Below, piece by piece: positions 19,689 through 29,095 of a stretch of 54,575 nt of DNA. Below the pieces are notes generated by a model. The model made no database searches. It was not told where the DNA came from and worked only from the letters and a program-made list of their open reading frames with translations. The translations under genes were made by a program, and so were the position numbers. Within the stretch, counting starts at the first letter, position 1, and every line of letters starts with the position of its first letter. The DNA is from Bacillota bacterium (GTDB lineage Bacteria > Bacillota > Bacilli > Lactobacillales > Aerococcaceae): assembly GCA_023442905.1 (NCBI GenBank), contig JAEZWY010000230.1, positions 1 through 54,575 on the forward strand, read 5' to 3'.

Positions 19689-20036
19689 TCATTCCTCCAT
19701 TTCAAATTCATAATATTTTGCTACATCAATTGCTAAATGGTGATAACCAGTATCATCTTCATGCCCGATATATCTCCTATCTGTAATAACAAAGTCCGCA
19801 CCCAAAAGAGTACGGACTAAACTATTTTTAATTGATGTATAATTCTTTTTTGAAAACAACGAAACTCTAACCTCTTGAACATCGTACTTCGGGAAATTAT
19901 CCGCATGTAATTCAAACATCTCTACAATCGGTGTTATGACAATATATAAATCAGGGGCAGTATCAGAAAAGATACCTGTTTCAACTGGAATACCACATTG
20001 TTCTGCAATTTGAGTCACTTCGGCTAGTACACTCAT
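19689..20036 (-). CDS. Tail completion / terminator protein
   Basis: Position, and ADN...EDDTGYHH motifs. Confidence 0.65.
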   Translation of the reverse strand: MSVLAEVTQIAEQCGIPVETGIFSDTAPDLYIVITPIVEMFELHADNFPKYDVQEVRVSLFSKKNYTSIKNSLVRTLLGADFVITDRRYIGHEDDTGYHHLAIDVAKYYEFEMEE

Positions 20037-20464
20037 ATATTTTCCACTTCTTCTTCCAATTTTTTAATCATGACTTCCATACAAGGCTGTCTTGATGTTC
20101 TTCTTGCAGGTTTTAAAAATGGCTTTGCAGGTTGTCCAGATTTTCCATATTCGATGATGTTTGCTAATTTAGCATTGCTCACTCCGTCTTTACGCGGTTC
20201 ATTAAACCCTACTTTAACATTATGGTTTCCCCTTCGATCAACTAAGGCAGGTGATACTCCTAATGCAGATACCAACTCACCAGTTGATCTACTTGGCAGT
20301 TTTGTATCTTTTCCAATTACCGAACTTAAATTGGACTTCATTTTTTCTAATACAACTTCTCCGCCTGCTTCAAGGACTCTCGGAACGATTTCATCTGTCT
20401 TACTTCCCAATCTAGATATCTTCATCAAGAATTCTTCTGGCATTTTAATATTCACTTTAGCCAT
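20033..20464 (-). CDS. HK97 gp10-like neck protein
   Basis: RSTGEL...IEYGKSGQPAKPFLKPA. Confidence 0.85.
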   Translation of the reverse strand: MAKVNIKMPEEFLMKISRLGSKTDEIVPRVLEAGGEVVLEKMKSNLSSVIGKDTKLPSRSTGELVSALGVSPALVDRRGNHNVKVGFNEPRKDGVSNAKLANIIEYGKSGQPAKPFLKPARRTSRQPCMEVMIKKLEEEVENI

Positions 20465-20792
20465 CTGCTGCCACCACCTTTTTAGTTAAAACTTCGATAT
20501 ACATATTTCTATTTTTCACATTATCAACACTTATTATCTCGTACCGTCCGTCATCACATACAATAAACATTTTTGGTTTAATGGGTAAATCGGGAATGTT
20601 TCTAAAACGAAATAACGCATTCGCTTCAGAAAAGGCGGCTCTATTTGCCCAGGTTTTACTTCCAAATCGTTCTTCTTTATAAGCTGTTACAGAAGCTAAT
20701 ATTTTATCGGTTTCTTCACTGAAAGACTCTTCATCTTTTACAATTTCACGTGTGATAATGTCGATAAGTGTGCGCATTTTTCCAAAACTCAT
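20457..20792 (-). CDS. Head closure (head-tail adaptor) protein
   Basis: MSFGKM...FRFR...RYEIISV; position. Confidence 0.8.
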   Translation of the reverse strand: MSFGKMRTLIDIITREIVKDEESFSEETDKILASVTAYKEERFGSKTWANRAAFSEANALFRFRNIPDLPIKPKMFIVCDDGRYEIISVDNVKNRNMYIEVLTKKVVAADG

Positions 20793-20795
20793 ACA

Positions 20796-21116
20796 CTACA
20801 CCTTCCAATCTCTATCTAACCGTAGTAATAAGTTTACTGTTTTCCACACCTGTTCTCCAGCAAGTGCGCTATCTGCAAAAAAGCCACCTGTACTACCATC
20901 TCGACTTTCATAAAAGTGAGAAGCCAACATGATAATCGCTTGCTCTGTTGTAGCAGGCATATTTTCATTTTTATATGTGCCTTCTTTAATATGTTGATAA
21001 CTTTCTGCATAAGATATGGCTGCAGTGATGTACATTTCTATTAAAGCATCATCTTTATCATGTTGGAGTATTAAATTAGCTTTTACTTTTTCTAGTAATG
21101 TCATCACTAACACCAC
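20796..21116 (-). CDS. Head-tail connector (gp6-like)
   Basis: LEKVKANL...DDALIEMYITAA...QAIIMLASHFYESRD. Confidence 0.85.
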   Translation of the reverse strand: MVLVMTLLEKVKANLILQHDKDDALIEMYITAAISYAESYQHIKEGTYKNENMPATTEQAIIMLASHFYESRDGSTGGFFADSALAGEQVWKTVNLLLRLDRDWKV

Positions 21117-21118
21117 CT

Positions 21119-21346
21119 TTAATTATCTGACATATAATCAGATGTTTTTAATTTTGATAGTAATGCATTGAAATCGGCAACTAAATCTTCTACTGTTTCC
21201 GCAGTACTATCCGATTGATTTACCATTTTTTCATTTGAAGAAGAAGGAAGGCCAGTGACCTTCGCCCCTTCTTCAATAACAAGTTCCCCACCAATAACCG
21301 TTTTCTCTCCGCCTTGTTCTGTATAATTTTTAGTGTTATACCCCAT
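21119..21346 (-). CDS. Small head-associated (head fibre-like) protein
   Basis: Ends DFNALLSKLK; lies after the capsid gene. Confidence 0.55.
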   Translation of the reverse strand: MGYNTKNYTEQGGEKTVIGGELVIEEGAKVTGLPSSSNEKMVNQSDSTAETVEDLVADFNALLSKLKTSDYMSDN

Positions 21347-21363
21347 CGCACTCTACCCCTTTA

Positions 21364-22560
21364 TTATTTTTGTTGTAAGACTTTGATTGCTTCTGGCAAG
21401 ATCAACTTTCCATCGACACGTTGACTGGCTAAGAAACCAACTTGACCTGTCGTTGCAAATAATTCGTTTAATCGTTTGAATGAACGACCTTGACGATCCG
21501 CAATCCAGTAGTAACCAAAGTCACCGAAAGCAATCGACTTCACTCCACTCGCTATTGTAGGTGCATAAGCTGATGTATAGATTGGACGATTCAATAAAGT
21601 ATCTGGCGTACCCGCTGTTAATGATGGTTGCCATAAATATTGTCCTTGGCCATCCTTTAATTTTCTAATTGCTTTTACTGTTGCATCATTCATAATGAAT
21701 ACTGCATTTTTACGATAAGGCGCCTTCAAAGAAAACACTAAATCAATAATCTCATCTGCAGTAATAGCTGTGGTAGATGCTGCTGTTACTCCAAGTTCAG
21801 CACCGCCAGTATCATTAAAGATTCCCGTTGGTTTTCCTTCGCCATTACCTACAAGAAATGCCTCTTCCTCTTTAGCACCAATTCTTCGAGCAAACTCAGT
21901 TGAAATATAGTTCTCTAAATTAAACACACTATCATTTAACAATTCATCTGAAACCTTTAACATTGTACCAAGCTTGTATGCGCCGATGGATGTTTGTCCA
22001 AATGCTGAGTCACTTTCTTCAAATTCTTCACCCTCATCAAGCCATGCAGCAGACCCTTTCGTTGTTACAACTGGAATCTTACGGTCACCACTCGATGTCT
22101 TAACTACTTTTGCTAATTGACGGAATACATTTTCTTCTTCTAGCGTTTGAACAAGTGTACGCTCAAATTCATCTGGAACTAAAAAACCACCTTCCGAGTC
22201 AGTTCCTACGGAAAGTGAGTTCATAACTTCTTGTGTTGGTGCTTTACTTCTCATTGCATTCCAAAATGCATTTTTATATTCGTCTGACGCTCGACCTTCT
22301 TTTGATTCCATGCCTGGCACAGAAGGTTTACCAATGATAGGTGTATTTATTGGTCGATTTAACTCTGCATCTAATGCTTCTTGCCTTTCTAATCGTTGGA
22401 TTTCTTTACCTAAATTCATAATATCTTCTTCCATACGATCGTACATCTGCGCATCTTCAGCTGATACTAAACCATCACTTCCTCGTTTTGTATCTAAAAA
22501 TGCCTTAGCTGCCTCCCATGCTTTTGCTCTTTTCTCTCGTAATTCTAAAATTTTATTCAT
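21364..22560 (-). CDS. Major capsid protein, HK97 family
   Basis: N-terminal coiled-coil delta domain, GGFLVP, GNGEGKPTGI, LKDGQGQYLWQ, FGDF, RVDG. Confidence 0.95.
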   Translation of the reverse strand: MNKILELREKRAKAWEAAKAFLDTKRGSDGLVSAEDAQMYDRMEEDIMNLGKEIQRLERQEALDAELNRPINTPIIGKPSVPGMESKEGRASDEYKNAFWNAMRSKAPTQEVMNSLSVGTDSEGGFLVPDEFERTLVQTLEEENVFRQLAKVVKTSSGDRKIPVVTTKGSAAWLDEGEEFEESDSAFGQTSIGAYKLGTMLKVSDELLNDSVFNLENYISTEFARRIGAKEEEAFLVGNGEGKPTGIFNDTGGAELGVTAASTTAITADEIIDLVFSLKAPYRKNAVFIMNDATVKAIRKLKDGQGQYLWQPSLTAGTPDTLLNRPIYTSAYAPTIASGVKSIAFGDFGYYWIADRQGRSFKRLNELFATTGQVGFLASQRVDGKLILPEAIKVLQQK

Positions 22561-22572
22561 ATTGATTTCCTC

Positions 22573-23259
22573 CTAATATTTCAATAGATTAAGCCGCTCA
22601 TAAAGCGGATCAACTGATTGTTTTACTTGTGGTTTTTGTATTTTGTTTAACAGTGAATTTGTAACTGCTCGCCTACTAAAAACGAAACTATTTTCAGGTT
22701 GGTTTTCATCTTTACCATTTGCGAACATAATGGCATCCGCAAATCCTAGTTCAATTGCTTTATGTGCATTAAGCCACGTTTCAGCATCCATTAATTCCGA
22801 TAGTTTATTTCTTGATAAACTTGTTTTAATTTCATAAGCGTTAATAATGCTTTCTTTTACTTCATCAAGCATATGCACCGTCTTTTTCATTTCTTCACTA
22901 TCACCAATTGCAACAGTAAACGGATTATGAACCATCATTAGGGACGTTGGTGACATTTGAATTTCAGTGCCTGCCATCGCAATCACAGATGCTGCCGATG
23001 CGGCAATGCCATCAATTTTCACAATGACATCGCCAGGATATTCCATCAGCATGTTGTAAATTTGTGCAGCTGCAATACAATCACCCCCTGGCGAATTAAT
23101 CCAAACTTCAATATCGCCTATGCCTTGCACGAGTTCTTCCCTAAAGGCAGATGGTGTGACTTCATCATCAAACCAACTCTCCTCTGCTATTGCCCCATAT
23201 AAATGAAGGGTTCGCTTGTCGGTTTCATTTTCTTTTGTCCAATTCCAAAACTTCTTCAT
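22573..23259 (-). CDS. Head maturation protease, ClpP-like
   Basis: INSPGGD, IDGIAASAASVIAMAG, MMVHNP, ETWLNA. Start at MKKFWNW. Confidence 0.92.
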   Translation of the reverse strand: MKKFWNWTKENETDKRTLHLYGAIAEESWFDDEVTPSAFREELVQGIGDIEVWINSPGGDCIAAAQIYNMLMEYPGDVIVKIDGIAASAASVIAMAGTEIQMSPTSLMMVHNPFTVAIGDSEEMKKTVHMLDEVKESIINAYEIKTSLSRNKLSELMDAETWLNAHKAIELGFADAIMFANGKDENQPENSFVFSRRAVTNSLLNKIQKPQVKQSVDPLYERLNLLKY

Positions 23260-24511
23260 CTTCGGTTTCCTCCTTTTCATATTTCTTTGCAAACACACCT
23301 GCGTCTTGGAGTTTCGTCATATTCCCATTGATTAAATATAAATCTCCACCAAGTTCATCCGGTATCCTGTCTAAGTTCTCAAGTTCACGAATATCATTAG
23401 CACTCATCCAGCCATTTTGTCTTGCTGTTGCGTAGCCACTCATTCGTGAAGCATAATCACCCCTAAGCAATCCATCCACATTAAATTTCACAAAGTAAGC
23501 TTTCTTTTCGCTATTAGTAAACAATGAACGACTAATTGCTTGCTCCCACCGAATAACCCATGGATCAAGTGTGTATTTAACGAATTCTAATGATTGTTGC
23601 TCTATATTAGAAAAGCTCGATTTCTCCAAATCACCGACCATATGAGGTGGTACTCGGAAAATTCGAGCGATCTCGTTAATCTGAAATTTTCTTGTTTCTA
23701 AAAATTGAGCTTGATCAGGTGCAATTGCGATTTGTTGATACTTCATACCTTCTTCTAATACAGCAACTCGATGCGCATTACTTGAACCTTGATAAGCTTT
23801 ATTCCAGCTATCTTTTACCCTTTGTGGATCTTTAATAGTTCCTGGATGTTCTAAGACTCCCCCCGGTGCTGCTCCATTGGCAAAAAACTTTGCACCATAT
23901 TCTTCAGTAGCCATTGCCAGACCGACTGCATTTTTCGCCATAGCAATTGGTGAATAGCCAACTAAACCATCAAAACCAAGTCCAGGTATGTGCAGAACAT
24001 CTTCAGCTTTTAATGCAACAGTTGTCTTCTCTGAACCACTCATTTCATCAAATGTTTTGGTGTATAAATAATATAAATTACCTCTAGCATCTCTTTCGAC
24101 TGACATTTTATTTGGCATGAGTGGATAAAGCGCAATGACTTCACCTTTTCCATTTCGAATAATTTGTGCATACGCATTTCCCCATAATAAAAGATGAGTC
24201 ATTAATGTTTCTCTAAACACAAATGAACTCATCTCAGGATTTGGTTCGTCATGAAGTAAAAAATATAAGGTATGGGATACCGCTTTTTCTTTTCCACCTG
24301 TATCTGTATATTTATATAAGTGCAGTGGTAAACCTGCTACCGCTTCAGCTAATATTCGTACACATGAATATACTGCGGTCATTTGCATCGCTGTAAATTC
24401 ATTGACTGCTTTTCCACTACTAGAGTTTCCAAAGAAAAAACTATAGTTACTTCCAAATGAATAGTTTTGTGGTTTATCTCTCGCTTTGAAAAAATTTGTA
24501 AACCACCGCAT
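23225..24511 (-). CDS. Portal protein, HK97 family
   Basis: LLWGNAY, VLHIPG, GYSPI, IARIFRVPPHMVG, SNIEQQ. Confidence 0.95.
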   Translation of the reverse strand: MRWFTNFFKARDKPQNYSFGSNYSFFFGNSSSGKAVNEFTAMQMTAVYSCVRILAEAVAGLPLHLYKYTDTGGKEKAVSHTLYFLLHDEPNPEMSSFVFRETLMTHLLLWGNAYAQIIRNGKGEVIALYPLMPNKMSVERDARGNLYYLYTKTFDEMSGSEKTTVALKAEDVLHIPGLGFDGLVGYSPIAMAKNAVGLAMATEEYGAKFFANGAAPGGVLEHPGTIKDPQRVKDSWNKAYQGSSNAHRVAVLEEGMKYQQIAIAPDQAQFLETRKFQINEIARIFRVPPHMVGDLEKSSFSNIEQQSLEFVKYTLDPWVIRWEQAISRSLFTNSEKKAYFVKFNVDGLLRGDYASRMSGYATARQNGWMSANDIRELENLDRIPDELGGDLYLINGNMTKLQDAGVFAKKYEKEETEDEEVLELDKRK

Positions 24512-24532
24512 ATGAACATCACCTCCTCAACA

Positions 24533-26140
24533 TTAAAACACAATCAATCCTCTACCATCATAAACAGAATCACTTGTTCCGCTTCTTCTTATCGCTCGGT
24601 CAAGTGCCATAATTGTTGCCACCGCACCATCGATTTTTTCTGTTGATTTTTCTTTATCTGGTTTAATGTTTCCGGCTGGATCTGTTCGAACATGAATGTT
24701 ATCCATCATCCAACGTAAAACTGGATGCCCACCATGCGCAAGTTTTTCTTCTAATGTTAATTTCATTAGCTCCTTTGATGAAGGACTCATATCTTTAAAC
24801 CCCTGTCCAAATGGAACGACTGTAAAACCTAATTCTTCGAGGTTTTGCGTCATCTGAACAGCACCCCATCTATCAAATGCAATTTCCTTTATGTTATATT
24901 TCTTACCTAATTCTTCGATAAACTTTTCAATATAAGCATAATGAACAACGTTTCCTTCTGTTGTTTGCATATGTCCTTGTTGTTCCCATACATCATAGGG
25001 CACTCTGTCTCGATCCACACGTTGCCTAATGTTTTCTTCTGGTATCCAAAAGTATGGCAATATCACATATTTATCATCTTCATATTCTGGTGGAAAGATT
25101 AAAACAAATGCTGTGATGTCTGTTGTTGATGATAAGTCTAAACCCGCATAGCACTCTCTACCAATTAAACTTTCAGGGTCAACTGGTAAACCACATCTAT
25201 CCCACTTTTCCATTGGCATCCATCTGACAGATTGTTTTACCCATTGATTCAAGCGTAATTGCCTAAACAAGTTTTCCTCAGCTGGGTTTTGTTTCGCACT
25301 TTCACATGCTTGTTCAACCTTCTCAATATCGACTGTAATTCCTAGCGATGGATTTGCCTTCTTCCAAATCTCAGGATCTGTCCAATCATCATCTTCTTCT
25401 GCTCCATAAATGACAGGATAAAAAGTGGGATCAATTTTCCTTCCCTCAAGTACATCTTTTGCTTTTTGATGTACTTCGTAACAAATCGAGTGTTGGTCAT
25501 TTCCTGCTGTTGTAATTAAGAAGTACAGTGGTTGTTTCCTTGCATCTCCCGAACCATGGGTCATAACATCATATAGCCTTCGATTCGGCTGAGCGTGAAG
25601 TTCATCAAACACGACCCCATGAACGTTCAATCCATGTTTTGTATAAGCTTCCGCAGATAGCACTTGATAAAAGCTACCTAATGGTTTATAAATCAATCGC
25701 TTTTGTGAAAGAACTGGTTTAAATCGTGCCTTAAGTGCGGGTGATTGTTCCACCATGTCGACAGCAACGTCAAATACAATCGATGCTTGTTGCCTATCCG
25801 CAGCACATCCATACACTTCTCCGCCATGTTCAAAATCACCACATGTTAATAGTAATGCAACCGCAGCAGCAAGTTCTGACTTTCCTTGTTTCTTAGCTAT
25901 CTCAATATAGGCAGTATTAAACTGGCGATAGCCATTCGGCTTCATCGTCCCAAATACATCTCGAATAATCTGCTCCTGCCAATCTATCAAGTCAAAGTTC
26001 TTTCCGAACCATTCACCCTTTGTATGCTTTAAACAGTTAATAAAATTAACTGCCATATCGGCAGCATCTTTGTCATAGTATGATTGATCCGCTTTAAAGA
26101 TTGTCGGTTTATAATTTCCTAGTTTTCTAATTACCACCAC
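24533..26140 (-). CDS. terL: Terminase large subunit
   Basis: KKQGKS Walker A, VVFDELH Walker B, GLDLS nuclease motif, KIDG. Confidence 0.95.
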   Translation of the reverse strand: MVVIRKLGNYKPTIFKADQSYYDKDAADMAVNFINCLKHTKGEWFGKNFDLIDWQEQIIRDVFGTMKPNGYRQFNTAYIEIAKKQGKSELAAAVALLLTCGDFEHGGEVYGCAADRQQASIVFDVAVDMVEQSPALKARFKPVLSQKRLIYKPLGSFYQVLSAEAYTKHGLNVHGVVFDELHAQPNRRLYDVMTHGSGDARKQPLYFLITTAGNDQHSICYEVHQKAKDVLEGRKIDPTFYPVIYGAEEDDDWTDPEIWKKANPSLGITVDIEKVEQACESAKQNPAEENLFRQLRLNQWVKQSVRWMPMEKWDRCGLPVDPESLIGRECYAGLDLSSTTDITAFVLIFPPEYEDDKYVILPYFWIPEENIRQRVDRDRVPYDVWEQQGHMQTTEGNVVHYAYIEKFIEELGKKYNIKEIAFDRWGAVQMTQNLEELGFTVVPFGQGFKDMSPSSKELMKLTLEEKLAHGGHPVLRWMMDNIHVRTDPAGNIKPDKEKSTEKIDGAVATIMALDRAIRRSGTSDSVYDGRGLIVF

Positions 26141-26193
26141 CCCCTATCAAACAATCTTAAAAACTTAAATGAATTTATAAAATTTTGCACGAC

Positions 26194-26221
26194 AAAAAAG
26201 CCCAGACTAATATCTGAGCTT
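26194..26221 (-). terminator. Intrinsic terminator downstream of aadD and site C
   Basis: AAGCTCAGA/TCTGGGCTT stem followed by a T-run on the - strand. Confidence 0.7.
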
Positions 26222-26239
26222 AAGGCATCTATTTAATAG

Positions 26240-26265
26240 TTCCACAATCGCACCCGTTTGTTCAA
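26240..26265 (-). repeat. 26-bp palindromic putative recombination site C
   Basis: - strand TTGAACAAA CGGGTGCG ATTGTGGAA. Confidence 0.75.
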
Positions 26266-26367
26266 TAAGAAAAAGGCTTCTCAATGACAGTCGTGATGAT
26301 TTGTAAATATTAGGAGAAGTTAATCAATACGTAACCAACATGATTAGCAATTATTAGTGTTCATCGT

Positions 26368-27138
26368 TCAAAATGGTATGCGTTTTGACACATCCACTAT
26401 ATATCCGTGTCGTTCGGTCCACTCCTGAATCCCATTCCAGAAATTCTCTAGCGATTCCAAAAGTTTTTCGGAGTCGGAAAGCTGACCAGACATTACTAAC
26501 TGGCACAGAAGGTCATAACCTGAAGGAAGATCTGATTGCATAACGGCTTCAGTTAAAACCGAAGCGCTCGTCGTATAACAGATGCGATGATGCAGACCAA
26601 TCAACATGGCACCTGCCATAGCCACCTTTACAGTCAAGGATGGTAGAAATGTTGTCGGTCCTTGCACACGAATATTACGCCACTTTCCTGCATATTCAAA
26701 CAGTTCTTCTACGATAAGGGCACAAATCGCATCGTGAAACGCTTGGGCTTCTACCGATTTTGCAGTTTGATATACCTTCTCTAAGTATCCACCTGAATCA
26801 TAAATCGGCAAAATAGAGAAAAATTGACCATGTGTAAGTGGCCAATCTGATTCCACCTGTGATGCATAATCTAGTAGAATCTCTTCACTATCAAAATTCA
26901 CTTCCACCTTCCACTCACCAGTTGTCCATTCATGGCTGAACTCTGCTTCCTCTGTGGACAGGACACACATCATCTCAATATCCGAATAGGGCCCATCAGC
27001 CTGACGACCAAGAGAGCCATAAACACCAATAGCCTTAACGACATCCCCATAATTATCCAATATTCGTTCCTTAATTTCATGAACAATCTTCATTCTATCT
27101 TCTCTAGTCATTTTTATTGGTCCATTCACTATTCTCAT
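26368..27138 (-). CDS. aadD: Aminoglycoside 4'-O-nucleotidyltransferase ANT(4')-I (kanamycin nucleotidyltransferase)
   Basis: Nearly identical to the pUB110 KNTase as recalled (GVYGSLGR.DGPYSDIE...VSKRIPF), with about ten substitutions. Confidence 0.96.
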   Translation of the reverse strand: MRIVNGPIKMTREDRMKIVHEIKERILDNYGDVVKAIGVYGSLGRQADGPYSDIEMMCVLSTEEAEFSHEWTTGEWKVEVNFDSEEILLDYASQVESDWPLTHGQFFSILPIYDSGGYLEKVYQTAKSVEAQAFHDAICALIVEELFEYAGKWRNIRVQGPTTFLPSLTVKVAMAGAMLIGLHHRICYTTSASVLTEAVMQSDLPSGYDLLCQLVMSGQLSDSEKLLESLENFWNGIQEWTERHGYIVDVSKRIPF

Positions 27139-27252
27139 TCCTTCTTCAAATAATTTTAGATGTGCTTATCTAAATAAGAATATTTGGAGAGCACTATTCT
27201 TATTCAGCTATAAATACTCGTCTTCCTAAGCTCCTTCAATCTTTTAATAATA

Positions 27253-27261
27253 ATTATAGCA
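27253..27261 (-). promoter_or_regulatory. Extended -10 promoter for aadD, inside the cassette
   Basis: TGCTATAAT just downstream of site D on the - strand. Confidence 0.55.
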
Positions 27262-27268
27262 TCTAATC

Positions 27269-27294
27269 TTCAACTATTCTCCCCGTCTGTTGAA
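27269..27294 (-). repeat. 26-bp palindromic putative recombination site D
   Basis: - strand TTCAACAGA CGGGGAGA ATAGTTGAA, same orientation as site C. Confidence 0.72.
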
Positions 27295-27344
27295 CATTCA
27301 ATTTTGTTTATATCCTATCATAATTATTCGTACTTCTCTATTTC

Positions 27345-27818
27345 TTACTGACTAGATTCGTCTTCTAAGGCCTCGTCATCTTTTTCATATGAATCTTCAA
27401 CAGCCTTACGTAAATATTCAACATCAAACCCTGCACTATTATAACCCTCTAAAATAGTTGAATAATAGTAACAACTCGGTTGTTCAAGTGGTTTGCCTTC
27501 ATTCATAATATAGACCGTTGCATTGACGGTTTTTTTGTCGACTTTAACTTTCATCATTTCTTTTCTATACAGATGTGGCCATCCTTCATAACGGTCAAGT
27601 GCTTTTTCGTCATTGGGCGTAATCTGCCACACAAGGACCGGAACGCTTTCTCCCTTGCATGGTTCAACCGTTGCAACAGCATGCGCGTGTGGCCCCCTAA
27701 AAACGAGTTTGTGGTCCTTTATTTCACTTGTTCCTACTACTTTTGCGGTTGGACATCTGTTTGACATTTGTTCTAGATTTAAATTCGATCCGTAGGCAAT
27801 ATATAATTTCTCCATCAT
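27345..27818 (-). CDS. Gamma-glutamylcyclotransferase (AIG2-like)
   Basis: YIAYGSNLN...QM..RCP...LDRYEG.P..Y. Confidence 0.88.
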   Translation of the reverse strand: MMEKLYIAYGSNLNLEQMSNRCPTAKVVGTSEIKDHKLVFRGPHAHAVATVEPCKGESVPVLVWQITPNDEKALDRYEGWPHLYRKEMMKVKVDKKTVNATVYIMNEGKPLEQPSCYYYSTILEGYNSAGFDVEYLRKAVEDSYEKDDEALEDESSQ

Positions 27819-27864
27819 TCATTTCAATCCTTTCACAATTTAATCTTGAATAATTCCGGGTGGC

Positions 27865-28764
27865 TTATCCAACTCGGAACCTCCATGCTGCTGATCCCGA
27901 TAAAGGTTTAGTTAAGTGTAATCTACAGTTTGCGAATTCCTCTCCAATCAATCCGATTCGGTTGAGATATGTTCGCATGGCGAATTTTTCATTTTCAACT
28001 TGGGGCTTTTTCGATGATGCACTTTTCTGTGTTAATGCTTGGTTGTTGATTGCTAAGGATAAAACGATAAAGCTTCTAATCTTACCAGCGTGAAGAACGC
28101 TGTTAAAGCCACGTAATTCAACTGTTCGATTCCTTCTAAAAAAGCTATGTAGATTTAAGAAATGGTATCGGCTATTATGGTAGTGTCTACTTCTGCTTTC
28201 GCTGTATCCTTCATACCAAATGTTTTCAATTTCTCGCATTGTCTTTGGCTTTTTCCGATTCATCTTTTCTACTAAAATGTCATCCATCCGTTTGCAATAA
28301 CGCATTCTCTCATTCTTGATTTCTAGTGCTTTGTAAAATAAGTCGTTTCTACTTGCGATGATGTTTACAAAGTTTCGTATGCTTCTTGGTGTATGTGTGC
28401 TCCCGTCCAAATGAATATGAATGCCGCAAGATGAATTTGTAAAGGCTCCGGCTTTTCGTATCCTTCGAACAAGCTCCTGTAAAGTGTCAATGTCTTTTCT
28501 GTAGGTTAAAATTGGGCTTACAATTTCAACGCTGTAATCTCTGTTTGCATTAACCCTTCTGCCGCTTCGACTAACTTGCGTTCGAATACTTCCGTCATAA
28601 GCAAATTCCCATATACGTCCGTCTGGAGCCTTCACTTTCTTCACATCGTAATATGTTCCGCCTTCGATGTATTCGCCTTCAAGAAACTTTGCCGCTACTT
28701 TCGCTGCTTTTTCTCTTGTAATTCCTGTAAATTCAATTTCAATTCCAAACTTTGCGTTTAACAT
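27865..28764 (-). CDS. Putative amidoligase (Amidoligase_2, COOH-NH2 ligase)
   Basis: FGIEIEF, DGSI, EIVSPIL, SCGIHIH, RYHFLNL, TVELRGF. Confidence 0.88.
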   Translation of the reverse strand: MLNAKFGIEIEFTGITREKAAKVAAKFLEGEYIEGGTYYDVKKVKAPDGRIWEFAYDGSIRTQVSRSGRRVNANRDYSVEIVSPILTYRKDIDTLQELVRRIRKAGAFTNSSCGIHIHLDGSTHTPRSIRNFVNIIASRNDLFYKALEIKNERMRYCKRMDDILVEKMNRKKPKTMREIENIWYEGYSESRSRHYHNSRYHFLNLHSFFRRNRTVELRGFNSVLHAGKIRSFIVLSLAINNQALTQKSASSKKPQVENEKFAMRTYLNRIGLIGEEFANCRLHLTKPLSGSAAWRFRVG

Positions 28765-28801
28765 TTTATCATCCCCTTTTAGAGTGTATGTGTGTTTTCG
28801 T

Positions 28802-28841
28802 TACATACATATATCACTATAAAAGCCTTATATAGCAAGTG
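28802..28841 (-). promoter_or_regulatory. 40-bp repeated promoter-like element, copy upstream of the amidoligase
   Basis: 34/40 identical to 29768-29807; - strand CTTGCTA...AGTGATATATGTATGTA. Confidence 0.65.
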
Positions 28842-28867
28842 TTATCTACACTTATTCGGATGTATTT

Positions 28868-29095
28868 TTATTGTTCGATGATTAGACACTTATCGACTCC
28901 AAACACAATCCCGAGTGAACTTCCTTTATCCCATTTTATGTGTATGGTTCCAATATCATCAACGAAGGAAACTGTTCCTTCATCTCCTGGAATTAAATTT
29001 GAATATGGATCATCCATTTCAATCAAACGTACCCTTGTTCCAGTCTGATATTGTTTTTTTAACTTGTTCAGCGATTCTTTCGTTATATTGTTCAT
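28868..29095 (-). CDS. DUF4314-like protein
   Basis: GTRVRLIEMDDPY...GTV..VDDIGTIHIKWD.GSSL. Confidence 0.8.
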   Translation of the reverse strand: MNNITKESLNKLKKQYQTGTRVRLIEMDDPYSNLIPGDEGTVSFVDDIGTIHIKWDKGSSLGIVFGVDKCLIIEQ

